A stretch of 64,000 nt of DNA. Source: the human T2T-CHM13v2.0 reference genome, Homo sapiens. Positions 19,287-35,785 of this stretch are shown one piece after another. The first letter of the stretch is position 1. The number at the start of each line of letters is the position of its first letter. Location: the NCBI RefSeq assembly GCF_009914755.1, contig NC_060931.1. One strand, given 5' to 3'. The translations under genes and the position numbers were made by a program. Under the pieces are notes generated by a model. It was not told the origin of the DNA and searched no databases. It saw only the letters and a program-made list of their open reading frames with translations.

Positions 19287-20458
19287 TTAGCAAATATGAA
19301 CCACTGCTCCTAGGGAAAATATAGGGTTAGACTCTTGCATGCCTCTGGTCATAACATTTTATTTTTTTTTATTTTTATTTTTTTGAGACAGGGTCTAGCT
19401 CTGTCACCAAGGCTGGAGTGCAGTGGTATGATCATGGCTCACTGCAGCTTTGACTTCCCAGGCTCAGGTGATCCTCCCACCTCAGCCTCCTGAGTAACTG
19501 GGATTATAGGCATGTACCACTGCACCCCACTAATTTTTGTTTGTTTTTGAGATGGAGCTTCGCACTCTCACCTGAGCTGGAGTGCAGTTTTCTAAAAACT
19601 AGAAAAAAAATTAGCTGGGAGGCTGAGGCGAGAGGGTTGCTTGAGCCCAAGAGGTGGAGGCTGCAGTTAGCTATGATCGTACCACTGTACTCCAGTCTGA
19701 GTGACAGAGGAAGATCCTATCTCAAAAAAAAAAAAATGTAGTGCATATTCAATGAAAAAGAACATTGAGTTACATGTAAAAGGGTGCTGGGCTCTAGGTT
19801 TAGAAGAGTAGAAATGGTTGTTTTACTCACATAAGTGCCCGGGTGGGACATCAGGAATGTGGACTACAGAGTTCTTCATGGTACCAGATTGTCCAGAGCA
19901 AAATGGGATGTCCGGCATTGCTGGAGTCATCCACTAAATCTCAGAGGAACCTCCAATCACTGTGACAACCAGAAGCACCCCACCTATTTCCCATATGCCC
20001 CCTGGGGAACCAGAGATAGGGTCTCACTGTTGCTCAGGCTGAAATGCAGTGGTGCCATCATAGCTCACTGCAGCCCCAACCTCCTGGGCTCGTGATCGTC
20101 CTGCCTCAGTCTCCTGAGTGGCTGGCACTACAGACGTGTGCCACCACACCTGGCTAATTTTTGTAGAGACAGGGTCTGACTCTGTCACCCAGGCTCGGGT
20201 GCAGTGGTACGATCATAGCTCACTGCAGCCTCAACCTCCCTGGCTCAAGCAATTGACCTCCCTGATGGGTGGCTCTGGTCCATCTGCTCTGGCCTTACCC
20301 AGCGCCCAGGAGCAGGTGGTCAGTACCTACTCACTGAAGTCAACTGAACTCCCCAAAGCCTGGGAGCTGCATAGCTCAGAAGCGACGACTGAGGATCAGG
20401 ACTGTTCAGCTGCTCCCACTGGGCCTCGTGGCACTCACGTGTGTATCTGTCCTTCCAG

Positions 20459-20545
20459 AAAACCCTGGACGACCTACAGGCTGAGGAGGACAAGGTGAAC
20501 CACCTGACCAAAAATAACAGCAAGCTGAGCACGCAGATCCATGAG
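20459..20545 (+). pseudogene. MYH16: MYH16 rod exon (87 nt) KTLDDLQAEEDKVN...QIHE
   Basis: ttccag| ... gag|gtaata. Confidence 0.93.
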
Positions 20546-20766
20546 GTAATACCCATTGCTGTGGCCACCTCTACAACTCCAAGGCCAGATCCCTCTGGGG
20601 GCACGGGGTCCGAAGATTAGTTTTGAGAACTGGACCAACACATCCCCCGGGGCGTGAGGGCCCTTCTGATGCCACAGCTAAAGGATCGGACCCAGTCTGG
20701 TTCCTTCTTGCCTTCTGACCTCAGACTCTCCTCGTCTACCTTCTCTTGCTGTTCTTGTCTCTGTAG

Positions 20767-20912
20767 CTGGAGGATAACTGGGAGCAGGAAAAGAAAATCC
20801 GGGCGGAGGTGGAAAAGGCTCGTCGGAAAGCTGAGAGTGACCTGAAGATGACCATCGACAACCTCAATGAGATGGAGCGTTCCAAGCTGGATCTCGAGGA
20901 GGTGGTGAAAAA
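20767..20912 (+). pseudogene. MYH16: MYH16 rod exon (146 nt) LEDNWEQEKK...EEVVKK
   Basis: ctgtag| ... aa|gtatgt. Confidence 0.94.
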
Positions 20913-21283
20913 GTATGTCTTGTCGTCGTTCGTTTTGTCCATCACAATGGTAGCAATAGCTGGAGCTGCCTGGAGGGTGCCAGGAGCCAGGCACTGTATG
21001 GAGAGCCTCACAAACATTCCTGCATGTCCCAAGCACCTGGCAGGCATGGAGGATATGCAGAGAGGTAGGGGCTGCCCTGTCTGCAGGGAATGCCCAGTGT
21101 CACACAATACCTGGTGGGCACTGGGGAGGAGACAAGCGCCACCACCCCAGGGAACACTGAGGACTCAGCAGGGCAGGGAGGCGTCATAAAAGCCTATGAC
21201 CATGTTGGGTACAGTGGCTCACACCTGTAATCCCAGCACTTTGGGATGCGAAGGCAGGAGGATGGCTTGAGGCCAGGAGCTCA

Positions 21284-21493
<210 letters not shown>

Positions 21494-21738
21494 TCACATT
21501 AGTAAATGTGTGAATGAATGAATGGATGATGAAACACCTGAGGAGCTCATTCAGGGGTCTAACTGCTCTGTAGGGTGAGACCTTCTGGGCTGTCACTACA
21601 GAAGGCCAGAAGGGGCTGGGAGGTACGTGCTTTTCGGCAGGTTCAAGGCCTCCTCTGGCAGCCCAGGCGACATTCCCTCGCCAGCTTGCTGGTCTACCCT
21701 CAGAGCCTTTCCTCAGGAGACCAACCCTTCCCTTGCAG

Positions 21739-21829
21739 GAGGGATTTGGAAATAAACTCTGTCAACTCGAAATATGAGGATGAGCAGTCTCTGAATTCCA
21801 CGCTGCAGCGGAAACTGAAGGAGCACCAG
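21739..21829 (+). pseudogene. MYH16: MYH16 rod exon (91 nt) RDLEINS...KLKEHQ
   Basis: ttgcag| ... cag|gtatgt. Confidence 0.94.
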
Positions 21830-22275
21830 GTATGTCCAGGACCGAGAAGCATGAGCTCTCTGTCAGAAATGCACTTCTCTGAACGTTTTGTTCATGTCAG
21901 CTACTTGGTGGCTGAGGTTTCCTGAGGAGCAAGACTGCCATAGAGTCCTTGGAGATGGACCCATGTTCCCCTCACTAGGGGTGAAATCCGTACAATGGTT
22001 ATGAGGCCCTCCAACTGCTCCCCGCCTGACCTCATCACCGAGTGTTTCCCTCCACTCTATCCAGCCATGCTGGCTCCTGGCTGGGTGTCACACATGCCAG
22101 GCCCCCTCCTGCCTGCCCCGGCACCTTTGCACTTGCTCTCTGGGATCTGCCTCTCTCTGCTTTTGACAGTGGCTGTCATATTCTCACATCCCTATTTTCC
22201 GTCCTAAAAGGCTAAGGGGCTGACTTACTAACTTTGCCTGGCAGAGATGAATCCCCTCCCTCCTCTGTCTGCTAG

Positions 22276-22332
22276 GACCGAATTGAAGAGCTGGAAGAAG
22301 AACTAGAAGCTGAGAGGGCCATGAGAGCCAAG
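22276..22332 (+). pseudogene. MYH16: MYH16 rod exon (57 nt) DRIEELEEELEAERAMRAK
   Basis: tgctag| ... aag|gtaaat. Confidence 0.93.
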
Positions 22333-23034
22333 GTAAATGAAATACGTTTCCCCTTCTTGAGTCAAAAGACCTAACGGCAGTCACACATCCAACCATGAAT
22401 AGAAACCTCCGCTAAGGAAACCAGTAGAGAAGGCAGGTGTCCAGCTAAAAAGTCTAGTTGCTTCTGGAGCACCTACTGTGTGCCAGGGACTGAACTGCAC
22501 ATCCACATTAATCATGACGTGAAAGGCAGATGCTCTGTGTGGCTTGAGTCCAGAGGAGAAGAGGCTGGTTCTACCTGAGACAGATGGGGAAGAAACACTT
22601 GACCTCAAAGATAGAATTCAACAGGCAGAAGCAAGGAGAAAGGTCTGGGCAAAGGGAATAAAATAGCACCTACCTTCATTGGGATGAAGGTGTAAACAGA
22701 GAAAGCACGTGTTAGCAAGAGCAGAGCATGGAGGGAGGCTTGAGCGTGGGGATCCTACAGGACGTGAGCCCAGAAAGCTGGTGGGAGACAAATCACAGCG
22801 TACCTAACCCCAAATTCAGCCAAATTGGACAGGTGGTAGGTAGGATGGGCACTAATGCCCGCCCAGTGTGGGCAAGACAGTGTCCTTTACTAAGCCTGTG
22901 GGATGACAGGCAGGGCACAAGGCCCCCCAGGCATAGAATCCTGGCTTCTCAAAGGTGAAGCAGTCATCATGCTCTTTACTGGAGAAAAAGGAGCTCTGGG
23001 TGATTATCATCGGTATCATTAAATCTCATCCCAT

Positions 23035-23319
23035 GGCCGGGAAGAGTGGCTCATGCTTGTAATCCAAATACCTTGGGAGACCAAGGCAGGAGGATCACTT
23101 GAGACCGGGAGACCAGCTTGGGCAACATGGTGAAACCCATCTCTACAAAAAATTTAAAAATTTGCTGGGTATGATGGCATGTGCCTGTAGTTGCAGATAC
23201 TTGGGAGGCTAAGGTTAGAGGATTGTTTGAGCCAGGCAGGTGAAGGTTGCAGTGAGTCGAGATGGTGCTGCTGCACTCCAGCCTGGGCCACAGAGGAAGG
23301 CTCTATCTTAAAATAAAAA
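23035..23319 (+). mobile_element. Old (AluJ-type) Alu abutting an MYH16 splice acceptor
   Basis: TSD-like aaatctcatccca (23021-23033) / aactttcatccca (23318-23330). Confidence 0.85.
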
Positions 23320-23331
23320 CTTTCATCCCAG

Positions 23332-23418
23332 GTGGAGAAACAACGCAGTGACCTGTCCCGGGATCTTGAAGATCTCAGTGACAGGTTGGAGGAAGCGGGT
23401 GGAGCCACATCTGCTCAG
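23332..23418 (+). pseudogene. MYH16: MYH16 rod exon (87 nt) [10 protein letters not shown]...GGATSAQ, non-canonical GC donor
   Basis: tcccag| ... cag|gcaccc; 3' end fixed by protein continuity with the next exon (IEQNRKRE). Confidence 0.88.
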
Positions 23419-24785
23419 GCACCCATCCCAGGGGGCCCAGAAACCCCCAGCTCTGCTTGCATTTAGGGGAAAAAATTGCTGGACTGTGAGCAGTGGGATC
23501 AAGACCAGTTCGTTCTTGCTAGGTTCCTGAGATGGACTTGAGGAGAAACCAACTAATAATTTAAAAATGAGGCCTGGAACAGTGGCTCACGCCTGTAATC
23601 CCAACACCTGGGGAGGCAAAAGCAGAAGGATCACTTGAGCCCAGGGATTTCTGACCAGCCTGGGCAACACAGCAAAAGCCCATCTCTCAAAAAAAAAATT
23701 AGCTGGGCATGGTGGCATGTTCCTGTAGTTCAAGCTACTCAAGAGGCTAAAGAAGGAGGATCACTTGAGCCCAGGGAGGTTGAGGCTGTGGTGAGCCATG
23801 ATGGCACCACTGCACTCCAGCCTGGGTGACAGAGCAAGACCCTGTCTCTCAAAGACAAACAGAAAGAGTTTGCTACTCACAGTTCCCAAGAGGAAAGGGC
23901 ACAGCAGGCCACGCAGGGCCAGAGAGGCACTGGGGCTGGTTAGGAGGCAGACAGCTGGGGGGAAGAATGTAGGCAAAGGCCTTTACTCTGGCTCCCATGG
24001 GAAGGAACAGGTGAGGCAGGGTGAACAGGCTCCTGAATGGCCAGTTTGGACAATCTCAGTGGACTGTGGGGCTGACCCTAGTTGTCGGTACCTGGACCTG
24101 GAGTGATAAGGGCAGTAGTATAGTGAGTAGAAATGTGAGAGTCCGGCCGGGCACGGTGGCTCACGCCTGTACTCCCAGCACTTTGGGAGGCTGAGGTGGG
24201 TGGATCACCTGAGGTTAGGAGTTCGAGATCAGCCTGGTAAACATGGTGAAACCCCATCTCTACTAAAAACACAAAAAATTAGCTGGGCATGGTGGTGGGC
24301 ACCTGTAATCCCAGCTACTTGGGAGGCTGAGGCAGGAGAATCACCTGAACCCAGGAGGCGGAGGTTGCAGTGAGCCGAGATGTGCCATTGCACTGCAGCC
24401 TGGGCAACAAGAGTGAAACTTCTTCTCAAAAAAAAAAAAAAAAAAAAAAGGCATCAGTCATTAGCTTAGGGCCCACCCTAAACCAGTATGACATCTTAAC
24501 TGGCTCCATCTACAAAGACACTATTTCCAAATCAGGTCCCATTCATAGGTACCCAGGGTTAGGACTTGAGTATATCTTTTTGGAGGGCACAATTTAACAC
24601 ACAACACCTCTAAACAAATCCTGTGGGCAACCCCCACCCCCCAAAGGCTAAACATTGGCATTTCAAGCAGGACTTCTTTTAGCGAGGTACAGGAATATCA
24701 GGGGACCACCGAGCAGCTGGGCGGTGTCCACCCGGAAAAGGCTGGCACTGGCCAGTTCTGCTAAGCTGCTCCTCCTCTACCCCAG

Positions 24786-25031
24786 ATCGAGCAGAACCGC
24801 AAGCGGGAGGCTGAGCTGCTGAAGCTGCGGCGGGAGCTGGAAGAGGCCGCCCTGCAGAGCGAGGCGACGGCCTCCACACTGCGCAAGAAGCACGTGGACT
24901 CCATGGCCGAGCTGACGGAGCATGTGGAGAGCCTGCAGAGGGTCAAGTCCAAGCTAGAGAAAGATAAACAGGTCATGAAGGCTGAGATTGATGACCTCAA
25001 TGCCAGCATGGAGACGATACAGAAGTCCAAG
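24786..25031 (+). pseudogene. MYH16: MYH16 rod exon (246 nt) [11 protein letters not shown]...IQKSK
   Basis: ccccag| ... aag|gtgaat. Confidence 0.94.
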
Positions 25032-26180
25032 GTGAATAACCTAACTGTGGGCCGGACGCAGTGGCTCACTCCTGTAATCCCAGCACTTTGGGAGGCTGAG
25101 GCAGGAGGATTGCTTTTGAGAGGCCAGGAGTTGGGGACCAGCCTGGACAACATAGCCAGACCTCGTCTCCTCAAAAAATGAAATTAGCCAGGGATGGTAG
25201 CATGTGCCTGTAGTCCTAGCTACTCAGGAGGCTGAGGCAGGAGGATCGCTTGAGCCCAGGGGGTTGAGACTGCAGTGAGTATGACTGCACCACTGCACTC
25301 CAGCCTGGGCAACAGAGTAAGACCCTGTCTCTAAAATAAAATAAAATAAAATAAAATAACCTGCTGGGCACAGTGGCTTACGCCTGTAATCCCAGCACTT
25401 TGGGAGGCTGAGGCAGGCAGATCACCTGAGGTCACAAGTTCAAGACCAGCCTGGCCAACATGGTGAAACCCTGTCTCTACTAAAAATACAAAAATTGCTT
25501 GAACCTGGGAGGCAGAGGTTGCATTGAGCCGAGATTGCGCCACTGCACTCCAGCCTGGGCGACAGAGCAAGACTCTGTCTCAAAAATAAAATAAAATAAA
25601 ATAAAAAATAAAATAACCTGTGCTTCGATTTCTTCATCTGTAACATGAAGATGATTGTCATAATCCCCACCTTAGAGCGCTACTGTGAGGGCTGCAATAG
25701 TCTCTGGCACATAAGAGTGCTCAATAAGCCAGGCACAGTGGCTAACGCCTGTAATCCCAGCACTTTGAGAGGCCAAGGCAGGCAGATCACTTGAGCCCAG
25801 TTCAAGACCAGCCTGGGCAACACAGTGAAACCCTGTCTCTACAAAAAAATAAAACTAATTAGCCAGGGATGGTGGCATGCACCTGTGGTCCCAGCTACTC
25901 AGGAGGCTGTGGTGAGAGGATGGCTTGAGCCCAGGATGTCGAGGCTACAGTGAGCTCTGATTGCACCTATGCACTCCAGCCGGGGTGATGGAGTGATACC
26001 CTGTCTCAAAAAAAAAAAAAAAATGGTGAGCCATTTGGGGTTTCTGAGACAGGGGCATACCTCCAGGCAGGTAGCCTGGGAGGCACACAGGAAGAACAGG
26101 GCAAAAATCAAAGGGGAGGTAGGGAGGGCTTGGCCTCCCCCACCCGCAACTTCCCCACTGAGTTCATCCTTCCTGAGCAG

Positions 26181-26298
26181 ATGAACGCCGAGGCCCACGT
26201 CAGAAAGCTGGAAGACAGCTTATCAGAAGCCAACGCCAAGGTGGCAGAGCTAGAGCGAAACCAAGCAGAAATCAATGCCATCAGGACCCGCCTCCAAG
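26181..26298 (+). pseudogene. MYH16: MYH16 rod exon (118 nt) MNAEAHVRKLED...RTRLQ
   Basis: gagcag| ... g|gtgagc. Confidence 0.93.
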
Positions 26299-27214
26299 GT
26301 GAGCCCTCTCCGCCCTGAGCTTGCTAAGGAGCAGTGCATGGAAAGGAACTGGGATTCTCAAGGAAACAGAGCTTTCTTGGCCTTGGAAGATTCCCGTCCA
26401 AACCCCTTGTGATGAGAGGAGGAGATTTTATTCCACCTGCTGAATGTTCCAAGTAACATCTTTACAATGCAAAACAGGGAACACAATTCAAAGCATTTTC
26501 GTATCCATTCTCTCACCTTCCCAGTGAGATCAGTGGGAGAGGCATTCATGCTGACGAAATACAATTTTCAAACATTTTTAAACATGACCCACATACTAAT
26601 ATAAAGCGAACATGTGTCAACGATTTATTTAACTCCTTAATGAGGGAGCCAGAAAAATGGTAAAGCTGCCTTCAAAGAGCATTTGAAAGGCAGAGATTTA
26701 CAGTCAGCTGGGAAAAGAAACGCTAAAATAACTTTGCTAAGTTAGATGCAGAACTAGTTAATATCCTATAGGACAATAATCCTGTGACCTCTGGGTTTAG
26801 TTTAGGATTTTTTTTTTCCCTGCCAGAAGAAACACACCTTTGTCATACAGGTGCATCTTTGCATCTCTATAACAAAAATAATTGGCAATTTATCAATGTA
26901 TAAGTTAATTTCTAACTTTGCAGAAGCTGTGCTCTAATCACACAGGGGTAAACAGTAAGTCAAACAAAGGTACATTTCCTTAGAGAACTGAATAGTCTAC
27001 AGGTGGGCCTGTTAGTGCTCCGGTGTGACATCAAGAGAACTTGCAGGCAGCCTTTGGCCTTACTTCTCACATCTGGAATTCTTTAACAATATCCTGGCTG
27101 GGTGCAGTGGCTCACACTTGTAATTCCAGCACTTTGGGAGGCCAAGGCGGGAGGATTACTTGAGGCCAGGAGTTTGAGACCAGCCTGGGCAACATAGCAA
27201 GACCCCCATCTCTA

Positions 27215-27427
<213 letters not shown>

Positions 27428-27586
27428 TCATGCCTGTAATCCCAGCACTTTGGGAGGCCGAGGTGGGCAGATCACTTGAGGTCAGGAGTTTGAGACCAGC
27501 CTGGCCAACGTGGTAAAACCCGGTCTCTACTAAAAATACAAAAAAAATTAGCTGGGCATGGTGGTACACACTTGTAATCCCAGTTA

Positions 27587-27766
<180 letters not shown>

Positions 27767-28216
27767 TTACAGGGTAGAACTGGAAATCCTTGCTTTTTCT
27801 CTCAGGCTCATGAACTTCTTCCTGGCCTCTGGCTCCAGCAATCATTCCACAAATGACAGGAGTGTAGGTTCTGGAATTGTGACAAATACATTTTACAAAG
27901 GAAATACTGTGTCCCACTGTTTCTCCAAACTCTTCTGCTGCATCTCCTGACATGTAGGAGATAGGGGTTTCATTATGTGAGGCCCCTAAGTCCATGCAGG
28001 TTACCTGGATCTTGGCAACCCTTGGGCGCTTGCCTTTCTCCTGGGTTCACTTAATTTGGAGGCTAGAGTGGTGATCTACTGTGCTCCCCATTCCAGCTCC
28101 ATTGGCCAAGCCACCATATTTATTGGGTACTTTAGGAGCAATGCCCTGGGGAACTTTGGATCTGGCTGGGGAACCAGTTCTTCATCCAATATTTCTTCCA
28201 TTTCCTTCTCACCCAG

Positions 28217-28344
28217 CTGAAAATAGTGAACTGAGCAGGGAATATGAAGAGTCCCAGAGCCGGCTCAATCAAATCCTACGGATAAAGACATCTCTGACGT
28301 CACAAGTGGATGATTACAAGAGGCAGCTGGATGAAGAGTCAAAG
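28217..28344 (+). pseudogene. MYH16: MYH16 rod exon (128 nt) AENSELSR...QLDEESK
   Basis: acccag| ... aag|gtttgt. Confidence 0.93.
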
Positions 28345-29145
28345 GTTTGTTTGGACGTGGGGTTGCGGTGGAGACAGAGCTGCCGCCTTAAAGTTATAGG
28401 TTACAGCTGGGGTTGGTGGCTCATGCCTGTAATCCCAGAACTTTGGGAGGCCTAGGTGGGAGGTTCGCTTAAGGCCAGGAGTTCGAGACCAGCCCGAACA
28501 ACACAGCAAGACCCCCCCCCCACCCCCCCAACCCCCAACGCCATCTCTACCAAAATAAAAAATAAAAAAGCTGCTGGGCATGGTGGCTCACACCTGTAAT
28601 CCCAGCACTTTGACAGGCCAAGGTGGGCAGATCACCTGAGGTCAGGAGTTCGAGACCAGTCTGGCCAACATGGCAAAACCTGGTCTCTACTAAAAATACA
28701 AAAATTAGCTGGGCATGGTGGTGAGTGCCTATAATCCCAGCTACTTGGGAGGCCGACACAGGTGGAGGCAGAGGTTGCAGGGAGCCGAGATCGCACCATT
28801 GCACTCCAGCCTGGGTGACAAGAGTGAAACTCGGTCTCAGGAAAAAAAAAAGTTTCCAGGTATGGTGTTGTATACCTATAGTCCCAGCTAAAGAAAGTTA
28901 CAGATTATGAAGATGTCAAAGGAATACAAAAAGTATTTGATATCGTAGCAAGTAAAAAAGCTAACTACAAAACTGTAGTATGTGATGTGTATAACTAAAT
29001 GAAATTACATATCCTTGTGGACAATAATAGAAAGAAAAGAAGTCATAGGATGAAAATTAAAACCCCGATGGTTTGGATTGTGGGATCATGTTTCTTTTCC
29101 CCCTTTCGCCTGCCATCACTGCTGCTCCAGTGTTACGTGTATCTA

Positions 29146-29682
<537 letters not shown>

Positions 29683-29740
29683 TCATCTCTACAAAAATTA
29701 CAAAATTAGCCAGGCATGGTGGCACGTGCCTGTAGTCTCA

Positions 29741-30170
<430 letters not shown>

Positions 30171-30911
30171 GGGATCCCAGCCTGCTGGCTGGTCCCATCC
30201 ATCCACTGAAATTTCTGCTAATATGATAGCAAATAAGGCATAGTGACTTCCAGCTGATGCAATACTTTCATCTAAAGCTCTAAGCTAAATTTGCCTTCCT
30301 GCAACTTCCACCTCTGTCCTTCAGGCCTTTGCTATGGAGGCTGCTGGGCACTACCTGGTCCTCCCCCAAGGCTCCCACTCCTGGGCTAAACCTAAATCTC
30401 AACCCCTAAGCTTGTCTCTGCCCCAGACACCCTCAGGGCCCCTCCATTCCCTGGCTTAGACCTTTGCTCCTGTGTCCCCTTCTCAGAGAGTCTCTCCTGA
30501 GTCTGTATTTGACATTGTCACCCCCTCCCACCTGGACTGCCTGTCCCCTTCCTGGCTCTATTTGTCACTGCAGTGCTTATGTTCTATAGGGCATGTATTG
30601 CCTGCCTCCTCCCAGCTCCAGAACAAACATTTCGTTTGTTAGGGCAGGTATCCTAGCTTGTTTTATTCACTGCTGCATCCCTAACACCTGCAACAATCCT
30701 TGACGCAGGGTAGAGAAAGTAAGTGTTTGTTGAATGAATAAATGAGAGAGTGAATGGACAGCTGTGGCTGTCCTGTAAACACTCTGCATCGTTTCCAATG
30801 TTGACACCAGAGCTTAGTACCATGCCCACCACACTCTGACCCTGGCAGTGTGGAGATGGTGCCTGTAAGTGCCTATGTTTCCTTGACAGCCCCTCTGGCC
30901 CTCATTTGCAG

Positions 30912-31044
30912 GAGGAAGCTGGCCGCCAGGCTTCAGGAGGCAGAAGAAGCAGCTGAAACTGCCCAGGCCCGGGCCGCCTCCCTCGAGAAAAATAAGCAGA
31001 GACTCCAGGCAGAAGTTGAGGACCTCACCATCGACTTGGAGAAG
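30912..31044 (+). pseudogene. MYH16: MYH16 rod exon (133 nt) [12 protein letters not shown]...IDLEK
   Basis: ttgcag| ... aag|gtcaga. Confidence 0.94.
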
Positions 31045-31306
31045 GTCAGAGAGTCAAATGCTCAAAGCTGCCTATTTACCGGGGCAGAGAGCCCACAGCA
31101 GGGCTAGGGCAAGGCTGTCACATGTCTGGGGTCATCAGGAAGAAACACATGGTTCAAGAAGGTGCAATGCAGGGGTGCCTTCAGGAGCTTGCTGGACAAC
31201 GGCTGCTGCTTGAGCACGTGTTCATGAACTCTTCCGAGATCTAACATTCAACAAGCTACTGTTTAAACAGGGCCACAAAACCAAGCACAATGGCCCATGC
31301 CTCTAA

Positions 31307-31772
<466 letters not shown>

Positions 31773-32387
31773 TAAATTAAAAATTTAGCCAGGTGTGGTG
31801 GCACATGCCTGTGGTCCCAACTACTTGGGAAGCTAAGGCATGAGGATCATTTGAACCAGGGGTTCAAGGCTGCAGTGAGCTATGACTGCACCACTGCACT
31901 CCAGCCTGGTTGACAGAGTGAGACCCTGTCTCAAATAAATAAATAGGGTCACAAGCAGGGTAAAATTTGCCCCTGAAAGTTACATAATACGGCCGGGCGC
32001 GGTGGCTCATGCCTGTAATTCTAGCACTTTGGGAGGCCGAGGCAGGCGGATTGCCTGAGCTCAGGAGTTCGACACCAGCCTGGGCAACTCGGTGAAATCC
32101 CGTCTCTAATAAAATACAAAAAATTAGCCGGGCGTGGTGGCAGGCACCTGTAGTCCCAGCTACTCGGGAGGCTGAGGCAGGACAATCACTTGAACCCAGG
32201 AGGTGGAGTTGCAGTGAGCCAAATCGTGCCACTGCACTCCAGCCTAGGTGACAGAGCGAGACTCTGGCTCCAAAAAAAAAAGAAAAGAAAGTTACATGAT
32301 GCACCTTCCCTGTTCCCCTCTCTCTTACACAAACTACATCCCACATACTTTGCGTGGCTAACTATTCCTATTTGCATCCCTGGTTCA

Positions 32388-32663
<276 letters not shown>

Positions 32664-32722
32664 CTACAGTTAGCTATGATTATGCTACTGTACTCCAGCC
32701 TGGGTGACAGAGTGAGACCTCA

Positions 32723-33040
<318 letters not shown>

Positions 33041-33594
33041 TTAAAAAAAAAAAAAAAAAAAAAAGTCCTAAAACTCAAAAAGATTTTGCTACCCCACGAA
33101 AGAAACAAAGCAAAACTTTATAAAAGCTAATATAGCACAACAGCAAATAGTTGCCAGGGAGTTATGAGACGGATGAAATCTATAGAAAAATAAAGTCTAA
33201 GAATAGTAAGTTTTGAGTTGATGTGTAGTGTATATTACTACATTACAGTGAAATATATTAAGGGGAGTTAGGCTGAATGTCATAAATCTGGGAAGGCCGC
33301 TGTGGCCCAAACTCCTCATTTTACACCTGAGAGAATTCTAACCTGGGAAAATAAGGTGGAATGTCCCAGGCCACACATCTCTCGGGGGAAGTTTTAGAAC
33401 TGGCATGCAGCTCTTTGCAGACTCTCTGTTCTGTGCTTCTGCCATAGCTGTTGAATTACATTCCAATTCCCAAGGAGTCCGTAGTCTCAAGAGTTACTGG
33501 GGAAAGGGAGGGAAGAGAGGTTGGTGGGGGGGTGGGAGTAGGGGACAGAGGCAAGGAGGTTGGACCCCTAGAGGCCATTTCCAACTTTCCCTAG

Positions 33595-33811
33595 GCCAAT
33601 GCTGCAGCTGCTGCCCTGGACAAGAAGCAGAGGCTCTTTGACAAGATGCTGGCTGAGTGGCAGCAGAAGTGTGAGGAGTTGCAGGTGGAAGTGGACAGCT
33701 CGCAGAAGGAGTGCCGCATGTACATGACAGAGAGCTTCAAGATCAAGACTGCCTACGAGGAGTCTCTGGAGCATCTAGAGTCCGTGAAGAAGGAGAATAA
33801 GACCCTGCAGG
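33595..33811 (+). pseudogene. MYH16: MYH16 rod exon (217 nt) [17 protein letters not shown]...ENKTLQ
   Basis: ccctag| ... g|gtgagt. Confidence 0.94.
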
Positions 33812-34000
33812 GTGAGTCTGAGGGCAGGTGGATGGGATGGGCCTGTAGGGAGGGGACACAGCCAGAGTCCCCTTCATCCTGAGCACATCATCAGTTGAGT
33901 ACCTGGCACATAGTAGGTGCTCAATAAATGTTGACTTTCTAGCAAGTGCTTTGTAGAAGCACTTCAGCATTCAGCAGTGTAACTTTAGGCGAGTTGCTTA

Positions 34001-34343
<343 letters not shown>

Positions 34344-34553
34344 TTAATTAATTTAATTTAATGAGGAAATAATTCTACCCTCCTTATAAGGTTGTCATGA
34401 CAATGAAATAAGATTATGGTCAGGTGTGGTGGCTCATGTCTGCAATCCTGGCACTTTGGGAGGCCTGCTTCTTACCCCAATGGAGGAATGACGGTGCCAC
34501 CTGCCATGACCCTGGAATGCCGAGTCTTATTAACATGAATATTTCTATCTCAG

Positions 34554-34690
34554 AGGAGATAAAGGATCTCATTGATCAGCTGGGTGAGGGAGGAAGGAGT
34601 GTGCATGAACTGCAGAAGTTGAAGAAAAAATTGGAGATGGAAAAGGAAGAACTCCAGGTGGCCCTGGAAGAAGCTGAGTCTTCCCTGGAG
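34554..34690 (+). pseudogene. MYH16: MYH16 rod exon (137 nt) [14 protein letters not shown]...ESSLE
   Basis: tctcag| ... gag|gtaacc. Confidence 0.94.
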
Positions 34691-34785
34691 GTAACCATGG
34701 GGTCATCACCTTGGGGACTGTGGACCCTTGGCCAGGCACTGCACATCTTCTTGGCCAGAAAGACTCATGGTTATATTTCTGGTAG

Positions 34786-34889
34786 GTTGAAGAGAGCAAG
34801 GTGATTCGAATTCAGTTGGAACTGGCTCAGGTTAAAGCTGACATCGACCGAAGAATCCATGAGAAAGAAGAAGAATTTGAGGCTACCAG
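34786..34889 (+). pseudogene. MYH16: MYH16 rod exon (104 nt) [13 protein letters not shown]...EFEATR
   Basis: tggtag| ... ag|gtatgg; preceded by a 95-nt intron. Confidence 0.93.
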
Positions 34890-35070
34890 GTATGGAGCTG
34901 GTGGGATGGGAGGCTGACTCTTGGGAAGTGTGATGGAGCAGAGTCCAGAAACCCCAGTCTCTTCCACCTACTAGTCGCGTGACGTTGGGCAATTCAGGTG
35001 AACCTTGCTGAACATGTTTCCTCATCTATGAAATGGAAATAAAGACTGTACCTCACACTACCGTGTCTAG

Positions 35071-35451
<381 letters not shown>

Positions 35452-35664
35452 TAGCCATGATGGTTAATGAAGCAGAGAATCTGTTATGTGGTTACTGGCT
35501 GTTTGTATATCTTCGGAGAAAAGTCTGTTCTTTGCCCCTTTCAAAAATTGGATTGCTTCTTTTTATTGTTGAGTTGTAAGAGTTCTTTATATATTTTGAA
35601 CACTTGACTTATCAGATATGATTTGCAAATATTTTTTCCCATTCTATGGTTGTCTTGTCGCTTT

Positions 35665-35785
35665 TTTTTTTTAATTATACTTTAAGTTTTAGAGTACATG
35701 TGCACATTGTGCAGGTTAGTTACATATGTATACATGTGCCATGCTGGTGCGCTGCACCCACTAACTCGTCATCTAGCATTAGGTA
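35665..35785 (-). mobile_element. Young 5'-truncated L1 (L1PA2-type) 3' end inserted in an older L1M fragment
   Basis: attatactttaagttttagagtacatgtgcacattgtgcagg...ccactaactcgtcatctagcattaggta; TSD gtcttgtcRcttt at 35652-35664 and 35786-35798. Confidence 0.88.
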
